Part shown: positions 15,494 to 27,321 of the stretch, in pieces
How positions within the stretch are numbered: the stretch's first letter is position 1
Layout: each line of letters starts with the position of its first letter
Origin: Octopus vulgaris
Taxonomy: Eukaryota
NCBI GenBank assembly: GCA_951406725.2
Contig: OX597815.1
Location: forward strand, 24,056,001 to 24,120,000
Length of the DNA stretch: 64,000 nt
Direction: 5' to 3'
Notes under the pieces: generated by a model
Databases searched by the model: none
What the model was told of the DNA's origin: nothing
What the model saw: the letters and a program-made list of their open reading frames with translations, nothing else
Program-made: the position numbers and the translations under genes

Positions 15494-16032
15494 AAATACA
15501 CCGATAAACAAAGGGAATTAAATAACTATATACATTAACAAAATTTTTAAAAATTAATTAAATACAAAAAAATAATAATAAATAGGTGTAAACACACGAA
15601 CAAAATAAACAAAAAACAAATTACATGAACGTGTATAAACAGGAGATACTAATATTATAGGCACTTCCATCCCCCCCACACACACACACACTAACTAAAC
15701 ATAGATACACATAGGAGTATACGAATGCGCAAATAAAAACACATACAATAGGAATACAAAATACAAAATGGCTGATCGTTAGTAAGGAGAGACACACAAA
15801 TAAGAAAGAAGAAATCAAAGGACCACTGATGAGGTCACAGGAGTGTGACGAAAGAACTCTGGCCGAAATAAGATTAAGATTAATGTAAAAAATAGATAAA
15901 GCTGAAGCAAATTAATATATAGTGCGTGTGTTTTTATTGGCTAAACTGGCAAAATGACCATTCCTAAATACAACAACATCAGCTTCAACACACGATTTCA
16001 CATCAATATTCTTGCAAAACAAATATATAAAC

Positions 16033-16090
<58 letters not shown>

Positions 16091-16091
16091 G

Positions 16092-16172
<81 letters not shown>

Positions 16173-16187
16173 ACTGTCTATTTAAAA

Positions 16188-16310
16188 TACCTAATGTAAA
16201 TACATCGCTTAAAGCAAATTTACTGCAGTATTCTTCCGAAAACATCTCTTATTGACTGATATCATGAATACCGCAGTAAATTTGCTATAAGCGATGTATT
16301 TATATTAAGT
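16188..16310. repeat. Small foldback/MITE-like inverted repeat (~45 bp arms)
   Basis: TAAATACATCGCTTAAAGCAAATTTACTGCAGTATTC pairs with GAATACCGCAGTAAATTTGCTATAAGCGATGTATTTA. Confidence 0.65.
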
Positions 16311-16330
16311 ACGATACATATATGCCTATA

Positions 16331-16560
16331 GGCGGCGAGCTGGTAGAAACGTTAGCACGCCGGGCGAAATTCGTAGTCGTATTTCGTCTGTCGTTACGTT
16401 CCGAGTTCAAATTCCGCCGAGGTCGACTTTGCCTTTCATCCTTTCGGGGTCGATAAATTAAGTACCAGTTACGCACTGGGGTCGATGTAGTCGACTTAAT
16501 CCTTTGTCTGTCCTTGTTTGTCCCCTCTGTGTTTAGCCCCTTGTGGGTAGTAAAGAAATA
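16331..16560 (+). mobile_element. SINE family A, full length
   Basis: Complete unit; TSD ATATGCCTAT. Confidence 0.9.
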
Positions 16561-16613
16561 TATATGCCTATTTTAATGCAATACGTGTGTGCGAGCGCGT
16601 ATGTGTGTGTGTC

Positions 16614-16710
<97 letters not shown>

Positions 16711-16729
16711 CAGATAGACAGACAGACAG

Positions 16730-19650
16730 ATTCTTTTTATTAAATCAGATTCTAGGAATTGCTGGTGTCTGAACATGAACAGAATTAGGACAATCAATTC
16801 TTACACGCATTTTGTAAACTCTGACAGAAGCAATTTTGAAGTCATCACCAAAATCTTTTGTTGAAGCGCTGAGCAAACGATTCATACTCGTCTTATACAC
16901 GTATTACAAACCAATGTAAAAGTATATCATTAGTATAAAGAAACCTCCATTTTCAAAGAGAATTAATAATTTCTTAGACATATTGAACTCTTTTCATAAT
17001 CCTGTGAAATTCACGTAAACTCCATACTTTAGATGCTGTTACTGAAACAGATGGAGTATCTGTCTTGTTATGAAATAAATACGCCCTGTAACTGGAATTG
17101 GTTTAGTTGAAAAACCGAAGAGTAATGTCATGTATAAGAAACCAGGCTATCATTCAGAAAATATTTCAGGCAAGAAATAAAAGTACACCACATCAACATT
17201 CCCATGGAAAAAGATGCTAAATGTTCAAAGGTCCTCTTCCAAAAGATAGAATGTAAACGTTCCGTTTCTCTGTTCAACGTCTCATCGCTTTCAGCTACAT
17301 ATTAATTTTATCGCTCAAATCTAAAGGTGCAGATGAAAATATAGGTCAAAATGCAGTAACTTATACCAGTGTCATATTCTGTTTTCTGATACAATCAAAA
17401 TAAACATCTCATATCATATTTTCAAGGAACGATATGATAATTATATGAATAAAATTCCATAGCAACATACAATTCCTGGACTACATAGAGCAACATGTAC
17501 TAACAGATTAAATGACTAATGCCAACCTGAATATATGAAAGTCAGTTTAGTGCAATCACATCAGATATCGGGAGAATTAATGAGATAATTGGAAAAAATA
17601 ACGCAGTGAAAAAATACAATATTATATTAGTACGGGAGACAACTCAAGACATATTTAGACGTTATTAATCTTCGTCATCTAAATATAGATTTTACCGTAC
17701 TTACTGAAATAATGGTGGCATAATCTTTAAGTGATATAAAATTATCTACACAAATAGGCATAAAAATTAACAGGTTTGGGGAGATAAATTACTGAAACAG
17801 TTTACCCAGGGACGTCATCCGTTGTAAAAATGATAGTCAAGTTAGTGTTACAATGCAACCAGAAGTAAAAAAATTAAGTGGAAATATTATTGATGAGGAA
17901 AAGATACCACAGAAAGTGTGTAGTTCGAGTCCCGTTAGGCTTATTTTCCATCGAAAATATTTTCAGCTCAATGAAATGATTTCAAATTTTAGCACAAGGT
18001 CAGCAGTTTTAAGGGAGGGATAAGTTGATTACTGAAATTGCTGGCCTTGTGCCAAAATTTGAAACCAATATATTACATATTACTATTTATTGCGGTATTC
18101 ACTTTAAAATACATCGTTAAGCTGATTTTCTTATCAACATGTCGAAGTTTCTTCAAATTCATTCTAAAAATGTAGCCAGACTTGCATTCTCCCTTGTAAG
18201 ATCAAATCCTCAAGTTTGACAGAAAATATATCAGAAATCATTTTACTGTAATTGGCTTAGTACATCTGTATTGAATACAACAAATGAGTGGTTCGAGTTC
18301 CGCAAGTAGTCATCGGCTCCCCTCTACATCCATGGGGGTTTTAAACCGGATATATTACAAGCAATTAAAAAAAAATCAGCATTCATTTCGAGATACAGTA
18401 CTAAAATGATTTATTCAACGATAAGTCAATGACCATCATTGTTCCGATTATTCTTACAAGCACGGTAGACAACTCTGGAAATGAGCCTCATGAGAAATGG
18501 TTCATCATCATGCAGGCCATACTACTAAAAAAATCTAAGATAATTTTTCGTTAGGCGTGCCATTCGGAAAGTCCTGAAATTTACCTATGACTGATATAAA
18601 ATCTGTTTCATAAAATGTTTCATATAATCTGTTTCAAGTGTCGTTAAATTTGTAACCAAGACTTCTCGATTGAGGTTAAGATTAGCAGAAGCGTTCCGCA
18701 CAGCTGGAAAAGTTATAGTGCAGTTTCTACACAAACTCAACATCGCTGTGATTCTGAATGAAGTCTTACAAGCGGCTATACTGTTTCCCTAATCTATATA
18801 TATAAAGCTGAAGTTGTCTGTGTGTGTGTGTGGCAGGTTTGGTAGCCTTCAACTAACACTTTCTCCTCCGAGACCCTGCGGCGCAAGTTGACCAAAATTG
18901 AGAGTATGATAGAAGAAGGCTTGTTCTTCATTCGGTAGAAGATAAAATTCAAATCGGACCATGTTAAGACCAAAAATTATTTATTTTAAAAAGGTGGGGG
19001 TTTTTTCTATGAAAATCCCTATTTTTTTACGATTTTTTAACTGCTGTGTCGCCATTTTTCGGTTTATTTCAACTAGAAAAATGTTCACTTAAAGAAAATA
19101 ACAAGCTACATAATGCAAAATTTTGACTTTTCAAAAATTCCAATTCTAAAGGGTCGAAAAGAAAACAAACCCGAGCAACGCTGGGCTATACTGCTAGTTT
19201 AGTTAAATTCCAAGCCAAACAACCAACAAAGTTAATTACATCGCCGAAGAACATAGAGTACTGCGTATTTTTTCTGACACGAATTCGTGTTCTATGAACC
19301 AAGAAGTATTACTTAATTTATGCGGCAAAGCATAAAAATGAATAAATCTAGGCTTCATTCTTTTGAAGCTAATACTATTTTATATAGGCCAACCCGTTTA
19401 GGGCTAGCAAAATAGAATACAAATTATTTTTGAAATATAAACTGTGAAAGGAATCTGGGGTCATTAATAAAACATAATGTATGTCGATGAAACCTTTTCA
19501 AGAAGGCGTGTCAACGTTGACGACTACCACAACCATTGTATTGTGAATCAGGTTCTTTATTTATTATAGAGATAGTAATATTGGCAATGGTAATTTCACA
19601 GCTTTTTTTTTCTTTCTATAAATCTTTCACAAGATTGAAATATCAACATT
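16730..19650 (+). pseudogene. Candidate endogenous viral element: decayed C-terminal half of a mononegavirus/chuvirus-like L polymerase
   Basis: Long stop-poor frames with EAILKSSPKSFVEALSKRF (16827), RPVTGIG (17082), KGPLP (17227), TNRLND (17499), LYRP..G (19380) and IGNGNFT (19580) in L-protein order; interrupted by a SINE fragment (~17977-18070) and a Helitron. Confidence 0.55.
18793..19197 (+). mobile_element. Non-autonomous Helitron
   Basis: 5' TCTATATATATAAAG, 3' hairpin plus CTAG, inserted between A and T with no TSD. Confidence 0.88.
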
Positions 19651-20214
19651 GGAGTTTCGTGTTTATGTTTGCATTCCAACGTCACCACTCAGTTCTTCGA
19701 GACGGTGTCATTTCCCGTTGTTACGTTTTATCTTGGGGGGAAAACGAAAAAAGAAAAAAAAATTAAAAGATAATTTGTTTTCTCTAATTCCCTCTTCTCA
19801 CCTCTCTCTCTCTCTCTCTCACATATGCACACACACGCGCACGTATATATATATACACACACACACACATGCGCGCACATGCGCATTTTAAAAAATGTAT
19901 CTGATGAATTTTTATTACTTGCTCGCTGTCAAGTTTCTTCGTCTCACAAATTTCGCATTTTCGTTCAACTATTTGCTCGAGATGAAAACAAACATTGGCA
20001 GTAAACTATGCTTCAAAGAAAAGAAATGTATGTATGTATGTACGTATACATACATACACGAGCTGGCAGAATCATTTGTACGCCGAAAAAATGCTTAGTG
20101 GCATTTCGTCCATCTTTAATCCTGAATTCAAATTCCGTCCAAAAGTGACTTCGCCTGTCATCAAAAATACGTTCCAGTCCCCACATCCAAAATTTTAGAC
20201 TCTGTCCCTGTAGG

Positions 20215-20274
<60 letters not shown>

Positions 20275-20552
20275 GAGAGAGCAGTGCATGCCATCAAAGT
20301 GATACTGGGGTAAAATATACGAAGCCCAGTATACCCATCATGACTACCCGTCTGATAAGGGTACACCAGGCACATGCATCACAACCATATGTGCGCGACA
20401 TGGTGATCTCATATCAAGATAAACAGCGCATGACTTTGCAGGTGGGGCCCAGTTAGAATTTTCTTCTGGTCGAGTAACCCAACCCGCTCAAAAGGTCCCT
20501 GAATAAGGGTTGTTTAAGGATGTTGAACAAACCACCCATGTTTCCGGAGGTG
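20275..20552 (+). repeat. Dispersed repeat family D
   Basis: Homologous to the inverted copy near 11370-11522. Confidence 0.65.
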
Positions 20553-20702
20553 AGTTGCATATAGTATTGTTCTAGAGAAGGGAATCATACCACTGCTATT
20601 TAGCCCTAGGAAGCATCAACGCCTCCTGCCGGCCTTGACACATTTCCTATGTCCTTATGTTTACAAGGGGGAGACAAGCACCTCCACCCAGCTAAGCCTG
20701 CA

Positions 20703-20745
20703 TCCAGAGACTAGTTTCTGAGTCTTTGCTCATCATCAGTCTGGA
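20703..20745 (-). ncRNA. Type I hammerhead ribozyme (minimal, palindromic stem III)
   Basis: Minus strand: UCCAGA-CUGAUGA-UGAG caaaga CUCA-GAAA-CUAG-UC^-UCUGGA; all core nucleotides present. Confidence 0.9.
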
Positions 20746-20929
20746 GTAGCATGGCCTGCTAGCTGGAGATGCCTGTCTAGCCCTTGTAAACATATAAGAA
20801 TTCTAGTGAAATAAATCCACTGATTACAAAAATTCCCTTCATGGGACTGTCACATTAAGTTGTCAGTATACAACTACTCTATCGTACCACTACTGCTTAT
20901 ATCTCTCTGAGATATTTAGAAATGTAATA

Positions 20930-21891
20930 TTTCTAAGTTTGAGGCGCTTGAAATATGCAGTGGTGACCTTGTCTTTCATTTCTCTGTGCAAGATATTGTC
21001 CAGCTCCAGGATCCCAAGGTTTTTGTACCCCTCATCATTCGGATTTTCCATTCTCTCTCCGTTTGGCAATTCTATGCCCCAACAATTTACTCCCCCCCCC
21101 CCCGTTTAAAAGTAAGCACCACCCACTTCGAGATACCGAATTCCATCCCTATATCCTTGCTGCACATTTGCACAGTCTCAACCTGCCTCTCCATTTCAGG
21201 CTCTGATTTTGCGAACAGTTTTAAATCATCCATGAAGAGAGAAGGTGGTTGAGACGAGGTCCGTTCTTTCTCAGCTCATAGTGCACGTTGATTTTACGTA
21301 GGACTACAGAAAGTGGGATCAAAGCTATAACAGATAACAGAGGTGAACAAGAATCTCCTTGGAAGATACCGCTTCCGATCGTTACCTCGGCTAAATGCTG
21401 GTTGTTACAGGAAAGACGCGTTTTCCAACTAGGCATGCTGTTCTTAATCAGTGCACACACATTCTCAGCTATTCTACACATGTCGAGTGTTTTCCAAATC
21501 CACGAATGCGGCAACACGTCGTAAGCCTTTTTGAAGTCTATCCAGGCCATGCATAAGTTTTTTTTTTGGTACCGTTTACAGTTATTCATTATAACCTTGT
21601 CTATCACAAGGTGGTCCTTGGTGCCCTTGGATCCTTTTCGGCATCCCTTTTGTCCTTCTGGCAGAAGGTTGTTTCCCGCAAGGAACGTATGTATTTTTCC
21701 TGCGAGGCTACCTGTTAATACTTTCCATAGGAGGTTAAGACAAACAATGGGTCGGTAATTGCCATCCTCGTTGCCCTTTGACTGGTCTTTCATTAACAAT
21801 GTTGTTCTTCCCTCTACCATCCACTCTGGGACTGTACCGCTCTGTAGGCAATTATCTAATTGCAACGCAATTCTCTTGGTATTGACCTAAA
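20930..21891 (-). mobile_element. R4/Dong-type LINE reverse transcriptase fragment
   Basis: ORF 21221-21865: NYRPIVCL, QKGC, WIDFKKAYD, GIFQGDS.SPL. Confidence 0.92.
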
Positions 21892-21892
21892 C

Positions 21893-21934
<42 letters not shown>

Positions 21935-21936
21935 CA

Positions 21937-21982
<46 letters not shown>

Positions 21983-22361
21983 CATTATTGTTGTTGTTGT
22001 TGTTGTTATTATCATTATTATCATTATTATTTATGTATGGGTCAAGAGGACGCTTGTTCACGATTCGTAATTTCCTTTAAAAGTTATTATTTAATTAGTT
22101 GGTATTCCAAATTTTGTTTGAACTATTAAATAAATAACTCAACTTGCTGCAAGGGAGGTGAGTTGCTCTGGCGAGAATTCGCCCTAAGAGCGAATTTTTT
22201 TTTTTTTTGTATTTAAAATTGATAAGCTAATTAATATTTCTAAACAAAAAAAAAAATATAAATATGGTTTCTCAAATCGATGGAAATGACAGCTGCTGGA
22301 AACTGCCGTTATAACGTTATATTCTCACCGCTAGTTGATGTGGTCGAGATACGAAGTACAG

Positions 22362-22400
<39 letters not shown>

Positions 22401-22500
22401 ACAACAACAACAACAACAGCAACAGCAGCAGCAGCAGCAGCAGCAGAGCAACGAGCGGGATATACTTTAAAATGAATCAAGTACGACTTCTATCACCGTA

Positions 22501-22556
22501 CCACCACCACCACCACCACCACCACCACCACCACCACCACCACCACCACCACCACC

Positions 22557-22588
<32 letters not shown>

Positions 22589-23128
22589 CAACAACAACAC
22601 CACCACCACCACCACCACCACCACCACCACCACCACCACCACCACCACCACCACCACCACCACCACCACCACCACCACCACCACCACCACCACCACCACC
22701 ACCACCACCACCACCACCACCACCACCACCACCACCACCACCACCACCACCACCACCACCACCACCACCACCACCACCACCACCACCACCACCACCACCA
22801 CCACCACCACCACCACCACCACCACCACCACCACCACCACCACCACCACCACCACCACCACCACCACCACCACCACCACCACCACCACCACCACCACCAC
22901 CACCACCACCACCACCACCACCACCACCACCACCACCACCACCACCACCACCACCACCACCACCACCACCACCACCACCACCACCACCACCACCACCACC
23001 ACCACCACCACCACCACCACCACCACCACCACCACCACCACCACCACCACCACCACCACCACCACCACCACCACCACCACCACCACCACCACCACCACCA
23101 CCACCACCACCACCACCACCACCACCAC
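22501..23128. repeat. Very long (CAC)n tract with a (CAA)n interruption
   Basis: Directly visible; produces the poly-His/Trp/Val ORFs. Confidence 0.95.
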
Positions 23129-23142
23129 CTCCACAAGAATTA

Positions 23143-24260
23143 ATAAAACATCAGCCGTTCTTATTTCTGGGCAGAATGAGAACGGTTTCGCATAAGCCTG
23201 TTGGAAAATAGAAAAGGGTTGAATTGACAGAAAAAATATTAGTGATGCGAAATCGCACTTACAGAATGGCAGAACAGTTTTCTTTAACGCATCAGAGAAG
23301 GTACCGGAAAACACTACAAAAAAAAACTTCTCTGTTCCAACATCTGAGGATTTCATACTTCAAGTTGGTATAATATTCCATGTTTTCTTCTTGATTTTGG
23401 TATCAAATGTGTATATACCACGTCAATTACAAGAAACATTTTCTTATTATCAACGGCCACAATATCCCGTCTGTTTTGTTCTATTCACAGTTTAGTTTGT
23501 GTAAGAATGTCTCATAAAACCTTAATTCAACATTTTGGAGATCTTACATTTGCCCTCCTACATGGTCGTAGTTCTTTTTTGTGAGTGCAACACAGAACCG
23601 CTTGCAAGATTTTGCTGAATTATTACTGCAAAATTATCGTACCTATTTTTTCTTCATTCATTTTGAGCTAACTGTAGACATTCCGATACAGTGTGACCTA
23701 GAGAGGCTCATCTGAATCATCACAAATTTTGCATTTTGGGGAACAGCCCTGTTTATCTGTCATTCTCTTGATCCAATTTACTCTTAGGGCGTATTTCTCA
23801 TCTGCGGAAATCATTCTCGCGATTTCTATCTTCAATACTCCTTTCTTCGACCAAAGCCAGCTGCTTTTGTCATCTTTTATCTCCTTTGTCTTTTTAAAAA
23901 AAACATTAAACGGAACATCTTCCCTTCAAAATTTTACTTTCTTTTTGACATTTTCTTGTTTTCTATTTTTTCTTGGGGACGGGGTTCTACTAGCTCTGTA
24001 AATAATCATTTACTTATCTCCTTAAGGAGAGCTTTTTTTTTCTTCGAGATTGAATCTTAGACTTGTTTTCTCCAAGTCAACTCCCTCCCGAACACTCATT
24101 AAACTCCATCCTCTTTCTACTCTTGTCCAAAACATAAATTTTGTGACTCCCGAAAGCCAGGATATATATGAGCGAACTCTTATTCTGGATGACTTAATAA
24201 ATCATGCACACTACCTTTCGCATTGAATATTCTTTCTTCTATCTATTACCTCAGGCATAG
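23143..24260 (-). mobile_element. Degenerate R4/Dong-type LINE C-terminal region
   Basis: Minus strand: SWLWSKKGVLK...KCKICDDSDE..HTVSEC.QLAQ, followed by an endonuclease-like DIVAVD...IDV. Confidence 0.75.
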
Positions 24261-24631
24261 ATATACACAACACAAACGTGCACACGCACGCAGGCACACA
24301 CATAGTGCCGGTTCGACCATAAGGGAACCTAAGCGGTCACTTTAGTATGCAAAGTTCCGGGAGATTCACTCTAAACTGAAAAAAAAGAAAACAAATATTC
24401 GCGAAATGGTCCACACTGTAATTTGTTTTGTGTGCGTTTGATCAAGGTTTTCAATTTCAGATATTTGTTTTATTGAATGAATATATTATTCAATAATTGC
24501 TGATTTTTGGTAAAATAAGCCCCCAAACTAATTCGGTTGCATTTAAACTGTCAAATTTTGCTATTTCGCAGTGTTTAGGAAAGTTTCAAATGTAATTCTT
24601 TAACAAATTTTAAAAAGTAGTATAAGATTGG

Positions 24632-24686
<55 letters not shown>

Positions 24687-24966
24687 AATGATGATGATGA
24701 TGATGATGATGTTGATGATGTTGATGATGATGATGATGTTGATGATGATGATGATGATGAGGATGAGGAGGAGGAGGACGACGACGACGACAACGAAGAC
24801 AACATTGTTGTTTTCGTTTTTGTTATTGCTTTGGGTTAAGATTTTTAGGCTATTTTTCGGTGCAGCAAAAGCAAAAACGAACGCGCTGGAATTTCATTCT
24901 TGGAAAAGCAAGACAGAAATTGAAAACGCGAAGCTACAAGACAAGAGCTTCTCTTCGAGTTTCTAG

Positions 24967-25068
24967 ACTGCAATAATGAAGAGGAAGGAAAGGAAGCCAG
25001 CACGGAAATGAAATCTCAATCAAACAACAAGAAACCAGTACAAGTTTTGAAAATTGAGAACATTCATG
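24967..25068 (+). CDS. Possible isolated coding exon, gene unknown
   Basis: TTTCTAG acceptor, G|GTAAGG donor, 102 nt open phase1-phase1 (CNNEEEGKEASTEMKSQSNNKKPVQVLKIENIH); no homology recognised. Confidence 0.2.
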
Positions 25069-25525
25069 GTAAGGAAATCAGTAAATACGCAAGTATGGTA
25101 ATTGCTTCTGTAGGTTCCGTTGAGCCTTGTGGTGTGCGACCAGTTGAGGCACTGAGGTATTGAATTGATGGTTTTTTCCCCTTTTCTAATATTTTTTCGT
25201 CACTGTCTCTATTATAATAAATAATTATAATAATAAGTAATTATAAAAATAAAACTTTGGTAGTTCCCCCACCCCACCAAAAATTATTGTGTTAGGGATG
25301 TTGAAAATTTAATAATCTTTAAAATGGCGTTCACTTACAATACAAAGAACGAATGGTGCTAAAAGTGAAGAACAACACAAATGCTTACGATATATCGATA
25401 TATATGTACATATATTTATAAACACAGCGCATCACACACGGGCAGATGGGCGCGGGTACAAACAAATACACACAAGCAGTAATATGAAACAGAATGTAAA
25501 CTGGTATCTTAGTACATTTAATATC

Positions 25526-26128
25526 TATTTCTTTACTACCCACAAGGGGCTAAACACAGAGAGGGGCAAACAAGGACAGACAAACGGATTAAGTCGATTA
25601 TATCGACCCCAGTGCGTAACTGGCACTTATTTAATCGACCCCGAAAGGATGAAAAGCAAAGTCGACCTCGGCGGAATTTGAACTCAGAACGTAGCGGCAG
25701 ACAAAATACCTATTTCTTTACTACCCACAAGGGGCTAAACACAGAGAGGACAAACAAGGACAGACAAACGGATTAAGTAGATCATATCGACCCAAGTGCG
25801 TAACTGGTACTTATTTAATCGACCCCGAAAGGATGAAAGGCAAAGTCGACCTCGGCGGAATTTGAACTCAGAACGTAGCGGCAGACAAAATACCGAATTC
25901 TTTACTACTCACAAGGGGCTAAACACAGAGAGGACAAACAAGGACAGACAAACGGATTAAGTCGATTATATCGACCCCAGTGCGTAACTGGTACTTATTT
26001 AATCGACCCCGAAAGGATGAAAAGCAAAGTCGACCTCGGCGGAATTTGAACTCAGAACGTAACGGCAGACGAAATACGGCTACGCATTTCGCCCGGCGTG
26101 CTAACGTTTCTGCCAGCTCGCCGCCTTG
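25526..26128 (-). mobile_element. SINE family A trimer (one head, three bodies)
   Basis: Three ~185 bp units; a single TSD GT(A/G)CATTTAATATC at 25512-25525 and 26129-26142. Confidence 0.9.
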
Positions 26129-27321
26129 GTGCATTTAATATCGTTTCAGTTATAGCCAAAACAACGTCTCTGAAAACATTTTTTTTTTTTCACATATATT
26201 TCTTTAAATTATGCTCTGCGAAACGAAGCCAATTTAATGTCTGTTTTCGTTTACAACTCGTCACCAATCCCAAACACCGTGTGCCAATTTTATATCTTTA
26301 ACGAAACTAATACTGTCTCACTCTGCATTTAATTCCATACTTAGTAGCATTTATCATCAAGCTCCATGAATACAAACTCGCCGTTTCCTGCTCGAGTAAA
26401 TAGAATTAAAAATTCGTCGCTCCTTAAATTCCATAAAGGCAAGTACCACAGATAACTTTGTACAAAACCAACCTTATCAGACACCAAGCTATCCCAAAAT
26501 GTACGCTCTTTAACATTCTTTCTTCCTCTGTGGAATCTAATATTTTTAAAAAGTACTAACTCACTGTTGACTTCTATCTTTTGCCTATTTACGAGGTCAG
26601 GTTTTATTTTAACTCTTTGGTTATGGCTTTTGCGCAACAGTATCGCCAAATTTACTTGTATCAATACCAAAATCTTGATTCTGCCGAACCACTTTTTTCC
26701 GAAGTGGTGACAATTCTGTCCTCCAAGCAATGCCAAATTTGAAGGGTGTGTTTGGCACAGTCGTTTTGATCTCGCCTATTTGGCGTCACTGATCCAACGG
26801 ACTCATTTGACATCAGACGTTTTAATGATTCTCTTGTTCTCTCTCTCTCTCCGTCTCTCTCTCCTCTTTCCCTCTCTTTCTCCCCTCTCCCCTCTCTCTC
26901 ACTCTCTCTCTATCTGTATGTGTCTATTTCTGCGCGCACATATTTATTTGTATTTTCCTCCAGTGCCAAAAGCTACTATCGTCAAAACAGTTTCCATGTC
27001 CAATTAATAGTGCCGAATTACCAGCGCCCATACAGCCGCGCCCAAACGTCTTATTACGAAAGCTGAAGGTATCGTGTTATCTGTTAAATAACAAAATTTG
27101 AAATGCAATATAAAAATTAGTAAAGTTTATTATAATATAACAGATACAGTTATTTGCATACGTGATAGTGTCTTTTTCCAGAACAAGAAACGAATGTGTA
27201 TGAAGGGTGGGGGCTGAAAGCACCGATTCTTTTTCCCCAATAGATTTCAAGTAAAGTTTTCATACTCAGTAATAAGACGTGTAGCTTTTCTCAGTGAATT
27301 TTTTTTCTTTTGGCAAATTGA

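Noticed and set aside
16960-17020. INNFLDILNSFHNPVKFT resembles a Penelope RT motif
   Set aside because: No YVDD or LPFLD motif around it; the flanking motifs fit an L polymerase better. It remains the main alternative to test.
22280-23356. 287 aa poly-His and poly-Val ORFs
   Set aside because: Produced by the (CAC)n tract; no flanking coding signal.
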